From Octopus vulgaris (taxonomy: Eukaryota): a DNA stretch of 64,000 nucleotides. Below the pieces are notes generated by a model. It was not told the origin of the DNA and searched no databases. It worked only from the letters and a program-made list of their open reading frames with translations. Of this stretch, positions 51,641 to 64,000 are shown one piece after another. Made by a program: the position numbers and the translations under genes. The stretch lies in contig OX597830.1 of assembly GCA_951406725.2 (NCBI GenBank), forward strand, positions 27,280,001-27,344,000. The letters run 5' to 3'. Each line of letters opens with the position of its first letter. Position 1 is the first letter of the stretch.

Positions 51641-51924
51641 TGTATATTTGTTGCATCTTGGATATCTTTCTTTTCGATCCCCGTGTTGCACTGAATATCG
51701 CCCCGTCCTTGGGTTGTTCTAGTTATCTATCAGTGTTTTGATAAGAAAAAGTTGCAACCTCTTTTACTGAACTCTGCTCCATTTCTGTAGGAACCTGGTA
51801 GGAGGAGGAAAGGACGTGTGAATAATTGAATGCTTGAGAGAGAGGGAGGGAGAGAGAGAGAGAGAGAAGGAGAATGTGAGAGAGAGGGAGAAAGAGAGAG
51901 AAAGGCATGCTGATATATATATAT

Positions 51925-52129
51925 TTCTTTATTACCCACAAGGGGCTAAACACAGAGGGGACAAACAAGGACAGACAAAGGGATTAAGTCGATTACATCG
52001 ACCCCAGTGCGTAACTGGTACTTAATTTATCGACCCCGAAAGGATGAAAGGCAAAGTCGTCCTCGGCGGAATTTGAACTCACAACGTAGCGGCAGACGAA
52101 ATGCGGCTACGCATTTCGCCCGGCGTGAA
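51925..52129 (-). mobile_element. 5'-truncated SINE C with TSD
   Basis: atgctgata(ta)n at 51907 and 52130. Confidence 0.9.
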
Positions 52130-52132
52130 ATG

Positions 52133-52183
<51 letters not shown>

Positions 52184-52483
52184 CATATATACATGCATGC
52201 ACACTCACATTATAAATTTTCACATAATCATACATACACAGAGACACACACAAACACACACACACACTCACACACACACACTCACACACACACACTCACA
52301 CACAAACTCACATAAAAGCACATTAAAATCACATTTTAGAGTCAAGTTTTGGCTGCTATTTCAAACGTGGTGGTATCTCTTAGGTACCCTAAATTATAAA
52401 TTTTAATAATAATTATTACCTTTGAAGCTTTTTATTCTCATGCTGGCCACTTGATAAGTTCGATATTTAAATAACGATCTTAT

Positions 52484-52534
<51 letters not shown>

Positions 52535-52537
<3 letters not shown>

Positions 52538-52885
52538 TTTTACTCTTTTACTCTTTTACATGTTTCAGTCATTTGACTGCGGCCATGCTGGAGCACCGCC
52601 TTTAGTCGAGCAAATCGACCCCGGGACTTATTCTTTTGCCGAACCGCTAAGTGACGGGGACGTAAACACACCAGCATCGGTTGTCAAGCAATGCTAGGGG
52701 TACAAACACAGACACACAAACACATACACATACATATACATATATACGACAGGCTTCTTTCAGTTTCCGTCTACCAAATCCACTCACAAGGCATTGGTCG
52801 GCCCGGGGCTATAGCAGAAGACACTTGCCCAAGATGCCACGCAGTGGGACTGAACCCGGAACCATGTGGTTGGTTAGCAAGCTAC
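52535..52885 (-). mobile_element. SINE A
   Basis: High similarity to 8881-9275. Confidence 0.9.
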
Positions 52886-53919
52886 TGTGCACACAAACAC
52901 AAACACGCACACACCAGTATATTCATGATGCAACTGTTTATATACCCACCCACTGCATTAAGAATTCAACCCAAGCCGCCAGTAAAAGCAGGAGCCGACA
53001 TATGGAGAAAGGATGTCACTTAGTCAGTCGGTTGATACCGAGAAGGTTAATGTCACTGCTGTTATTGTTGGTGTCGTTACGTGTACCAACGCTATGGCCG
53101 CTAATGGCGTCCGTAATTTTAGGCAAACGAAATTAATAGTGTCAGCGCTCGCTAGTACAGTTCAGTGTTTCCAAATAAATAAATAAATAATTAAATAGAT
53201 AAATAAATAAATAAATAAATGAATGAATGAATAAAGAAATGAATAAATAAATAAAAAGGTTGTAAATGTTACGCAAGTCAAATATCTCTGCCCTTTGGAT
53301 GTCATGAAAGTCATTGGCGTCAACCGCGATGAAATTAGTGTTACAGTGGACATGCATTTTGTATTGTAGCAGTCATTGAGCAGTCGAACCAATTGATAAG
53401 CGAATGAAAGAGATTTTAAACGGCTGCCTGTATAAGAGGCGATAGATAGTCCTATAATCACTAGAAGTAATATTTGTCTATAATTAGAGTCCCCCTTTTT
53501 ACTCTGATGACCCAAGGGGATTTCTAGACTCTATTGCTTTTCCATTTTCGTTTTTGAAACGGGAAAATGATGGAGACAGTTATAGTCTGTCGAACCTACT
53601 TGTCGTTGTCGCGGCAGACGATATTCAAAAGAATCCCTCAAACAAGTAATACAGTTTCTATTCTACTGCTTGTGTAATTCACACGCACGCTTTTATACCT
53701 TAAGCCTTATCTCTCCAGCCATCTGCTGGCTAGTTGGTCAGTTAGCCGGTCAGTCAGTTAACTATGTGGCCGGCCTACTCATGCATTTATACCGCCATTT
53801 ACGTAACAATCCATCCATGCATCTATCCATGAATCCATGCCTCTCTCCCCATCATTTTCCATTCCCTTCTCACACACACACACACACACACACGCACACT
53901 CACATGTACCCACATTCAT

Positions 53920-53950
<31 letters not shown>

Positions 53951-55085
53951 ATTACAAATATATATGCACTTACTCCACGAGCACGGAATCACACATACAC
54001 ACGCATACTCTCTACGATCCACCTACCCACCTTCCTCTCTCTCTCTTTGTCTCTCACCTTCGCTCCCGTCTGTCACCACCCTGCCCCCTTTTTTCACTTC
54101 TCTCCCCCACTCTTTCACTCGTCGCGCCATCATCATTCTCCCTTCACTCGTTCCCTTCTCGCCTATCTCTCTTCCATCTCCCTTCCATTTGTCTGTCGCA
54201 TTTATCTATTCTCTACCAGTTCACAACCACCGGTCACCACGCTGGCTCGCTGGTCAAGAAAACACTTTATGGACGGCTGTTTGATGTCGATAGGCTAACA
54301 ATTCCCCCGGTGCAGCCGGTCGATATTGAAGCACTATGCACAACTGACCACTGGTCAATGATCTGACTAATATTATCACATTATTATCAAATCTCTTTGC
54401 AGTAGATTGAACTCTGCGAAGTTTCGCTCTCGTGTCATGCCAGCCATCTTGCCATCCTGCACGTCGATGTGAAGGAGAGCAATGGCGACGTGAAAGGGAC
54501 GGAACGAGGGAAATTAAAGGTTTAGACGAAAGATAGAGAAAAAAAAGGGAGGGTGGTGGAGACAGGGAAAAAGAACGAGAGAAAGAGAAAGAAAGAGAGA
54601 GAGAAAGCGAGGGAAAGAAAGGAGAGAAGGAGAGAAAGAATAGGAGAGAGAGAGAAAATGTGGGAAATAGATAGAATACTACGAGGAGTTCTACATCGTT
54701 CTGTCAGTACCTTTACGTGCAACGAAAAACCTTGCTCTTTTAACGGCCATTTCAGCTTCCTAATAACATCTCTACTTGAGCAACAATAAAGGACACTTGC
54801 TCTCAAAGCCGACATTTTGATCTTCACCTCCATAATTCCCCGTTTATCGCTTTTATTGTTGATTTCTTGTCACCGCTGTTGTCGTTATAATTGTTATATT
54901 ATGTCCTGCTGAATGGGGTGCCGAGTGAGTTGGCATTAACACTGTGTAAGCACCGCACTAAATGTATTATAGTATTTAGTTTCTTCTTTCTCGAGTTCTG
55001 AGTTCAAATCCTGATGTGTACCAAATTTTTCTTTCATTTTTTCTGCACTTGCTGAAATTGATACCTGTAATATACAGAAGTCGAT

Positions 55086-55685
55086 AGGCGCAGTATGGAC
55101 GAATGTTTTAGAAGTTCACTTCGCAAGCATTTGGTCACGGGTTTGATCCCACTGTGCGGCATTTAGGGCAAATGTAATTTTCTACAGGTTCGGATCGAGC
55201 TTCACTTTGTGAATTAAACCGAGTTGACGGAAACTGTATAGAAGCCCATCGAGTAGATTGTACCTGTAATTCAAACGATGCACGCTTATCACCCACACTA
55301 TCACGCCTGTTCTGCCTGAAAATTAAATTAAGGGTACACCCGTCTGACGAATGTTTTAGAAGTTCACTTCGCAAGCATTTGGTCACGGGTTTGATCCCAC
55401 TGTGCGGCATTTAGGGCAAATGTAATTTTCTACTGGTTCGGATCGAGCTCCACTTTGTGAATTAAACCGAATTGACGGAAACTGTATAGAAGCCCATCGA
55501 GTAGATTGTACCTGTAATACAAACGATGCACGCATATCACCCACACTATCACGCCTGTTCTGCCTGAAAATTAAATTAAGGGTACACCCGTCTGTGGAAT
55601 GTTCAACCATTTATATATCAATTCGGTCGCAGGTAATTCAGTCTCTCGAATAACTGAATCCTCATCGTTGCATGACGGAGTTCCA
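55086..55685 (+). mobile_element. Old chimeric SINE (A-like head, B-like tail) with a 248-bp tandem duplication
   Basis: Units 55098-55345 and 55346-55593 are nearly identical. Confidence 0.8.
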
Positions 55686-55784
55686 TCAACATACTGACGT
55701 CCATGTAATCGACTTCACTTCTTACTTCAGCTGATATTACTGTAACCTACAAATGAGTTTAGCGTGTATAAAGAGAACATTATT

Positions 55785-56234
55785 ACTCTTTACTCTGTAC
55801 TCTTTTACTTGTTTCAATCATTTGACTGTGGCCATGCAGAGCACCACCTTTAGTCGAGCAAATCGACCCCCAGGACTTATTCTTTGTAAGTCTTGTACTT
55901 ATTCTATCGGTCGCTTTTGCCGAACCGCTAAGTTACAGGGACGTAAATACATCAGCATCGGTTGTCAAGCGATGTTGGGGGGGGGGGACAAACACAGAGA
56001 CACAAATACACACAGACACACAGACACACACACAGACACACACACACACAAACACGCATATACATATATATGACGGGTTTCTTTCAGTTTCCATCTACCA
56101 AATCCACTCACAAGGGTTTGGTCGGCCCGAGGCTATAGTAGAAGACACTTACCCAAGGTGCCACGCAGTGGGGCTGAACCCGGAACCATGTGATTGGTAA
56201 GCAAGCTACTTACCACACAACCACTCCTACGCCT
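55785..56234 (-). mobile_element. SINE A, full length
   Basis: Ends in cttaccacacaaccactcctacgcct. Confidence 0.9.
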
Positions 56235-56385
56235 ATTGTATATAAAAAGTCAGCAACTCAGTTGACAATAGATCAAGAAATTGCGATAGTGAAAAGATCC
56301 TACATGATTACAATAATAAAACATGTAAAAATAAAAAAAAAAAATCAAGGCAGAAAGACATTTTATATCAAGGAAATTTCCAAGT

Positions 56386-56600
56386 CGGCGAGCAAGCAGA
56401 ATCGTTAACACGCCGGGGAAAATACTTAGCGGCATTTCGTCCGTCTTTACGTTCTGAGTGCAAAGTCCGTCGAGGTCGACTTTGTTTTTCCTCTTTTCGG
56501 GATGGATAAATTAAGTATCAGAGAAAAACTGGGGTCGATGTAATCGACTAGCCCCCTCCCACAAAAATTCGGGTCCTGTATCTTCAGTAGAAAGGATATT
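56386..56600 (+). mobile_element. SINE C2
   Basis: ggcgagcaagcagaatcgttaacacgccgg...gaggtcgacttt...gtagaaaggata. Confidence 0.8.
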
Positions 56601-57088
56601 TAAGCATGTTCCCGCTACAGTTGAACATACACTAAAATACTTCAGAAATTTAGCTGGCCATTTACCAAATGTATATCTATGTAAGAATACAAGCTGCGAT
56701 CCGCCTCCTGTTGTAAAGAGCTGCATTTGGATTTATACCATTATATAACTGGTACTTATTTGATGTTGTTGTTATTAGCCCCAGACGAGGATCTGAATGG
56801 ACAGGTTTATCATAAAAGTTAATCCAGCTATAACCATCTATCTTTTCAAGTCGGTGGGATATGAGTTCGGTGAGATTTGACAGCTATTTCTAGCAGATTG
56901 AGCGTCTACGTAGAGCCACTGTCTGTGGTTATTTCTTTCGTTCATTTCTTCGAGTATTACACTCTTGATGGGGTCGTAGTAGTGTTATCATGATATATGC
57001 GTTTGGTCATTTAAACTTGGCTGAGCGCATATCTCTACGTTTGGCCACGACTGATTTCTCTCTCTCTCACACACACACACACATATAA

Positions 57089-57127
<39 letters not shown>

Positions 57128-57516
57128 TAGATAGATAAAGAGATAGAGTGAGAGAAAGAGTGTAAGATTAAGGGAGAGAATAAGCCTCCTTCTACCTGGG
57201 TACTGGTACTTTATCTACATTGAAAAATTTAAAAGGCGAAGTTGACCTGAATAGATTTGAACTCAAAGTGCAGACTACCGAAATGGATGCAGCAAATCAT
57301 TCTATTCGGGTATTCTAACGACTCTGCCAAATTCCTCGTCTTAGTTATTTCATTATGAATCATCCTTGGTTAGTACTTATTTTATCGACCCCAGTGTGAA
57401 CTTAGAACCTAATCAATAGAAAACCCAAAAAACTAATCAATTGATCGATACCTTCGACTATGAAAAGAAGCCATTGCATTATCAATGCATTTCTCTCTCT
57501 TACATACATACACTGA

Positions 57517-57852
57517 GACCCCCTTTGGTTATGACTGACCGTGGGGTTGCACCTAGACAGTTACCCTTCCAGGCCCAAGTCTGAGCAAGGTTGTTTATGG
57601 AAGATCAGCAGTCGCCCATGCATACCGGCCTCCCCTCTCCACGCCACCAGTGTTATCCAAGGGAAAGGCAAAGGGGCCGATACAGATTGGCACCTGTGAC
57701 GTCGCAACTCATTTCTACAGGTGAGTGAACTGAAGCAACGTGAAATAAAGTGTCTTGCTCAAGAACACAACACGCAGCCCGGTCCGGGATTCGAACTCAC
57801 AACCTCACGATCGTAAACACGATGCTCTAACCACTGAGCCATGCGCCTTCAC
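57517..57852 (-). mobile_element. SINE D, full length
   Basis: gaccccctttggttatgactgacc...ctctaaccactgagccatgcgccttcac. Confidence 0.88.
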
Positions 57853-58029
57853 TACATACATACACATACATACATACATACATACATACATACACATACA
57901 CACGTACATACATACACATATATATATACACACGCACATACATATATAACTGGCACTCTATCGCTTACAAGGACGAGTCTTTCTGCTGATCCGATCAACA
58001 GAACAATGTATAGAATATGCCAAGTATGT

Positions 58030-58246
58030 TGGTTTCAAATCTTGACACAAGGCCAGTAATTTCCAAGGAGGCGGTAAATCGATTACATCGATCCCTATGC
58101 TCAACTGGTATTTACTTTATCGATTTTGAAGGGGATGAAAGACAAAGTCGACATCGGGGTCATTCGAATTCAGAACAAACCCAGAACATAATGACAGACG
58201 AAATATCGTAAAGCATTTTGCTCGGCGTGCTAACAATTCTGCCAGC
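58030..58246 (-). mobile_element. SINE C2, diverged
   Basis: tcgattacatcga...ggcgtgctaacaattctgccagc. Confidence 0.7.
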
Positions 58247-58428
58247 CTTTTTAAATGAAGCCTTAGCTTCATTTAAATGTAATTAAGGATCTTCGCAGAT
58301 TTATATTCTTTGCAAAAGAGTACGGCAGATATACTGAGAGTGAAAGATGTCAAGTCGACCGAATTTACTTTTTATTGTTTCGGATAGTCATTGTCTGTCC
58401 TTGAAGCTATCAGAAAAATATACCCATT

Positions 58429-58487
<59 letters not shown>

Positions 58488-59272
58488 GGACACACACATA
58501 TATGTATTCACACACACACACATAGGGAAGAGAGAGATGAAGAGGCAGAGGTAAAAAGGAAGAATGAAAAACATATGGAGAGAATACGGAGAGAGAGAGA
58601 GAGAGAGAAAGAAAGAGAGTGAGAAGGAGAGGCAGTTAAGGGAGAGAGGAACGGGTATTTGTGTGCGCGCGTGTGTGTGTGTGTGTGTACACATGTGTAG
58701 AAAGAAAGGGAGAAAGAGAGAAACAAACGCAGAAACGTACAAAGAGGGGAAAATAAAAACGTCAAAGAAAGTGAGTGAGACAAAGAGAGGCAGTGTGAGG
58801 GAGATATTGACCAAATGAGGAAGAGTGTATGCGTGAAGGAAGAGAAGAGATAGATAGATAGATAGAGAGAGAGACGAAAGAGAGAGAGAATGAGAGAGAT
58901 AGATAGAGATGGAGAGAGAGAGAGAGAGAGAGGGAAAGAGATAGACAGACAGATAGAGAGAGAGAGAGTGAGGGAGAGAGACAGAGACAATGTGCACGTG
59001 TATGTGTGTATGCGCGCATGTGTGTTTTGCGAGGGTATGTGAGCGAGGGTTTTTCTTTGTTACAAGTCACGTAGAATTGGTGAAATGTCACAATAACACT
59101 TTTAAATTAATCGATGGCAAAATTGGACTTCAGGAAAATCTTGGCACTCTACTAATTAGCTATCTAATTGCTGATGACATTTCATTAAAACTGAGTCGGG
59201 TTGGAGACACACGGCACTGTACCTGCTCTCACACCAGCTGCCCCGTACTCCGTATGTATAAGTGGTATATAT

Positions 59273-59508
<236 letters not shown>

Positions 59509-59757
59509 CTCTAGTTAAATGTGTTGAGTGATCCATCAGTTAATGCTTGACCGCTTGGGTGGATAATTGCATATGTAAGAAGAAAACAACAACAAAGAAC
59601 ACGCATTCATGCATTTGTGCGTGCATGTGTCTATCTATCTGTAACGAGAAGGGTTAAAAAATGCTCTAACAACCACCCTGGTTCCTATACACAAAGGTGG
59701 GCGTCTAATATGTCTGTGAGTCATTTGTGCCGTTTAATACAGTATAACTTTCTGTTT

Positions 59758-60060
59758 TGTTTGTTCCTTCTCGAGCCACGCCTGGCTCATAAGGGCCGGT
59801 TTCCCAGTTTCCTTTGCGTATAGGTTCCCCACCTTGACGGGACGCCGGTCCGTCGCAGGTGAGCTGCAAGATGCAGGAGGAAAGAGTGAGAGAAAGTTGT
59901 GGCGAAAGAGTCAGCAGACGTTCGCCATTACCTTCTGTCGGAGCCGCGTGGAGCTTTGGTGTTTCGCTCGTAAACACACAAATCGCCTGGTCTGGGATTC
60001 GAACCTGCGATCCCTCGACCGCAAGTCCGCTGCTCTAACCACCAGGCCATGTGCTTCCAC
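59758..60060 (-). mobile_element. SINE B2, full length
   Basis: Matches 4238-4534. Confidence 0.88.
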
Positions 60061-60363
60061 ATAACTTTCTAAAGAGAGACGAAATTAGGGAACGAGTTAA
60101 AATCGGTTTATCGAGTGGGTAGGAAAGTTCATTAAAAATAAAAGTGCCGGGTCTTTGATTGCGGAAAGTTTGGGGACCAATGTTTTAAAGGAAGGAAAAT
60201 AAGCGGATTATGTGATATTAATTTTTCTCCACCAAAATACTTTAGAAATCTTTGCGAATGAAACAGTTACAAACAACTCGGAAAGAATAGTAAGGAGTGT
60301 CACTTGGGACGACATAAATCAACACCAAGGGAAGCAGCATATTGGGTAAGCAGAATGATGGTA

Positions 60364-60610
60364 TCCTCCTCCTTCTCCTCATTATCATCATCATCTTCAT
60401 TATCATCATCCTCCTCTTCATCGTCATCCTCCTTATCATCATCATCATCGTCATCCTTATCGTCACCATCATCACCATCATCATCGTCATCGTCATCATC
60501 GTCAACGTCATAGCATCATCATCGTCATCATCATCACCATCGTCATCGTCATCACCATCATCATCTTCACCATCATCACCATCATCACCATCGTCATCAC
60601 CACCATCACC
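60364..60610. repeat. Imperfect (CAT/CCT/CAC)n trinucleotide tract
   Basis: Read directly from the sequence. Confidence 0.9.
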
Positions 60611-60791
60611 AAACAGAAATAGCAGTCAAATCTCCCTCAAATTACACATAGACATATTAAAAAAAGAAGACAAACTACACAATGTAATCTTAAACACCTC
60701 TAAATCAAGGGTTCTCAACCATTTTTTGGTCTGAGGACACCTTTTAATTACTATTTTATTCTGATGGACCCCTTTGCTATCTATCCGATGT

Positions 60792-61010
60792 TTACTCTTT
60801 TACTTGTTTCAGTTATTGACTGCGGTCATACTGGAGCACTGTCTTTAGTCGAGGAAATCGACCCCAGAGGTTATTCTTTGTAAGCCTAGTACTTATTCTG
60901 TCGGTATCTTTTACCGAACCGCTAAGTTACAGGGACGTAAACACACCAGCAACGCTTGTCACGCGATGTTGGGGGGACAAACAGACACACAACCATATAC
61001 GCACACATGA

Positions 61011-61100
<90 letters not shown>

Positions 61101-61263
61101 GACGGGATTATGTCAGTTTCTGTCTACCAAATCCACTCACAAGGCTTTGGTGGGCCTGAGGCTATAGAAAAAGACACTTGCCCAAGGTTCCACGCAGTTT
61201 GATTGAACCCGGGACCATGTGGTTCGTAAGCAAGCTACTTAGCACACACCCACTCCTGCGCCT
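60792..61263 (-). mobile_element. SINE A, full length
   Basis: Ends in ccactcctgcgcct. Confidence 0.9.
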
Positions 61264-61358
61264 AAAACTAATTTTATAGATATTTCTTTCAAAATTCCTA
61301 ATTTATTTTCCACACATTAACTTGTGTAGGTTGAAGTGTGGAAAATGTTAGAGAAAGT

Positions 61359-61762
61359 CGTAGGAGTGGCTGTATGGTATGTAGCTTGGTTACGAACCAT
61401 ATGGTCCCGGGTTCAGTCTTCCTGCGTGGGACCTTGGGCACGTGTCTTTTCTATAGCTTCGGGCCGACCAAAGTCTTGTGAGTGAATTTGGTAGACAGAA
61501 ACTGAAAGAAGACCGTTGTGTATATGTATATATATGTGTGTGTGTATATGTTTGTGTGTCTATGTTTGTCCCCCCAACATCGCTTGACAACCGATGCTGG
61601 TCCCCGTAACTAAGCTGTTCGGCAAAAGTGACAGATAGAATAAGTACTAGGCTTACAAAGAATAAGTCCCCGGGGTCGATTTGCTCGACTAAAAAAGGCG
61701 GTGCTCCAGCATGGCCACAGTCAAATGACTGAAACAAGCAAAAGAGTAAAAGAGTAAAGAGT
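61359..61762 (+). mobile_element. SINE A, full length
   Basis: gtaggagtggctgtatgg...cagcatggccacagtcaaatgactgaaac. Confidence 0.9.
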
Positions 61763-62043
61763 AACGAGTGAAGAAACCTAGCTGTTTCCTGCAATACATA
61801 TCAATGCATACATCAATGGTAAAAAATTTTTCCAGGACCCTTAAAAATACTATTGTGGATCCCCATTTTACTATTTTATTGAATGGACCCCCAAAAATCT
61901 TATATGGACCCTCAGGAGCCATATGGTCCCTAGTTGGGAACCACTGCTCTAAAGAGTCATAGTGGTTACGGTTTGAATGCTTTTGAACTGGAATATCTGC
62001 TCGATCAGCATCAACCTTGCACATAACAGCAACAACAATGACA

Positions 62044-62232
62044 GTGGAGGCGCAATGGCCCAATGGTTAGGGCAGGGGACTCGCGGTTGTAAGAACACGG
62101 TTTCGATTCCCACACCGGGCATTGTGAGTGTTTATCGAGCGAAAACACCTAAGCTCCACGAAGCTCCGGCGGGGGTATGGTGGTGAACCCCGCTGTACTC
62201 TTTCACCAAAAATTTCTCTCACTCTTTCTTCC
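62044..62232 (+). mobile_element. SINE B, 5' part
   Basis: gtggaggcgcaatggccc...ttcgattccc. Confidence 0.85.
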
Positions 62233-62933
62233 TACTTCTGCCACAAAGCAGAGGAACCAATGTGTAAGCTACTATGGTGTGGTAAACTTTCAGACTCTAG
62301 TCTAGATTGCGAATCCTCTGTACCCCATGATGGTTCAGCTCTCCACCCGTTAAAAAAGCCACCGTTTACGGAATGAGGATAACAACGTAGCTTTCGCACC
62401 CGTGCAACCGCCAGTCTATTGTGTGTGGTGGGTGGATCTTCAAGTTGCCACACGCATTCTTAGTAGCTTAGAGTAGGCTCGAATTAGCGATTATTCTTTG
62501 TGGCTAATGGCGTGAGTCCTGATTGGAAGAAGAAGAAGAAGAAGAAGAAGAAGAAGATGACAACGACATTGTTAGTTGCATTATATAGCTTTCAGCCATT
62601 ATATGTCCATGCCACATAATGCTTTAAGTAGGAACGACTCAGTTTACCAACATAGAAAAAGAGATAAACCGTTTTAAAGTAAATCATTTTTAACGGCTAA
62701 ATTCGAATAATATAATTAATAGCGAGTAGAATATTGGGATTAAAAAAAACAAACAAAAACATTGAATTGAGAAAAAAAAAAAAGTCGAAGGCCGAGGGAG
62801 CGACTCGAACTCGCATCGTCTGTAAACATAACAGGCATTTTGGCGATCACACAAAAGCAACCCTTTCTGATCGTCCTAAACCGTTTTAGAGGCTCCGTTC
62901 TTTTTAGCAAGAACTGTAAGATTATATAAGCGG

Positions 62934-63307
62934 ACGACATGGCTGTGTGGTAAGAAGCTTGCTTCTCAGCCATATGCTTCCCGGTTCAGTCCTACTGTGT
63001 GGCACCTTGGGCAAGTGACTTCTGCTATAGCCTCGAGCCGAACAATGCCTTGTGAGTGGATTTGGTAGACGGAAACTGGAAGAAGCCCGTCGTACGTGTG
63101 TGTGTGTGTGTGTGTGTTTGTGTCAGTGTTTGTTCCCCAATAACTCCTTGGCAACCGGTGCTGGTGTATTTATGCCCTCGTAACTTAGCAGTTTGGCAAA
63201 TAAGTCCGATAAATTAGTACAAGGTTTAAAAAACAAATACTGGGGTCGATACATTCTTTAAAGTGGTGTTCCAGCATGGCCGCAGTGTCTAATGACTGAA
63301 ACAAAAG

Positions 63308-63309
<2 letters not shown>
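62934..63309 (+). mobile_element. SINE A, full length
   Basis: tggctgtgtggtaagaagcttgc...cagcatggccgcagtg. Confidence 0.88.
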
Positions 63310-63406
<97 letters not shown>

Positions 63407-63409
63407 TGA

Positions 63410-63611
63410 TAGAAATGGCAAGAATGAAAAAAAAAAAAATGAAAGAGACCTCGATATTATGTAAATAGAGGAATTTATCTGTAAATATAATGTGACAATT
63501 ATTCGGTAGACATGATAAAACTTCGAGTTTCGGCGTGGGTTTCCGCCCCGACATCCGTAACTCGGAGTTTTATCATGGCTACCGAATAATTGTCTCATAT
63601 ATTTACAGATA
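63410..63611. mobile_element. Fold-back copy of the HHR element family at 32812-33028
   Basis: 63410-63533 is the reverse complement of about 32904-33025; inverted arms 63476-63533 and 63555-63611. Confidence 0.85.
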
Positions 63612-63639
63612 CATATACATACATACATACATACATACG

Positions 63640-63714
<75 letters not shown>

Positions 63715-63774
63715 AAGTCATTGAACAAGCAAATACAAAGTCAACCGCATGTCCTGACAAGAAACAATTATTGT

Positions 63775-63852
<78 letters not shown>

Positions 63853-64000
63853 GTGTGTGTAAATATAGATATAGATATACACATACATACATATGCATGC
63901 TTACGTATCTACATACATATGAATATATCATACGTATATATGTACACACACACACACACACACACACTCTCTCACATACACATACACATACGCCCCCCCA

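Larger units (their letters stand above)
60706..61946. mobile_element. hAT (Charlie-like) MITE containing two SINE A insertions
   Basis: TIRs caagggttctcaacc / agttgggaaccactg; 8-bp TSD ctctaaat (60698-60705) and ctctaaag (61947-61954). Confidence 0.8.

Noticed and set aside
56868-56916. Recurrent old motif gatttggctgctatttctagcag (also near 6020, 19445, 29530, 33452, 43852, 52350 and 60615)
   Set aside because: Clearly a dispersed ancient repeat, but its boundaries and class cannot be determined by eye, so it is not listed as a feature.

Overview
AT-rich, extremely microsatellite-dense animal DNA. The SINE and LINE repertoire and the (TA)n/(CA)n/(TATG)n/(TCTA)n load look like a coleoid cephalopod such as Octopus (inference). 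I could not support any intact host protein-coding gene; nearly all listed ORFs are translated microsatellites. The window is an intronic or intergenic patchwork of five components. (1) About 45 tRNA-derived SINE copies from 5-6 modular families, labelled A-E here for convenience. (2) Decayed non-LTR retrotransposons: a 5'-truncated CR1-group LINE (38670-41235) plus a second 3' fragment, an R4/Dong-like restriction-endonuclease fragment embedded in (TATG)n, and a Penelope-like (PLE) GIY-YIG fragment. (3) DNA-transposon relics: Tc1, DD37D/maT, pogo-like, hAT, piggyBac-like MITEs and a Helitron. (4) About ten minimal hammerhead-ribozyme (HHR) motifs in short, mostly (TA)n-flanked and often fold-back elements. 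These include one downstream of the PLE endonuclease, one fused behind a tRNA-like Pol III head, and two with a U3-A8 core covariation. (5) Short unique islands that may be cis-regulatory. All structures were read by eye. Coordinates of SINE ends are approximate to about 10 bp.
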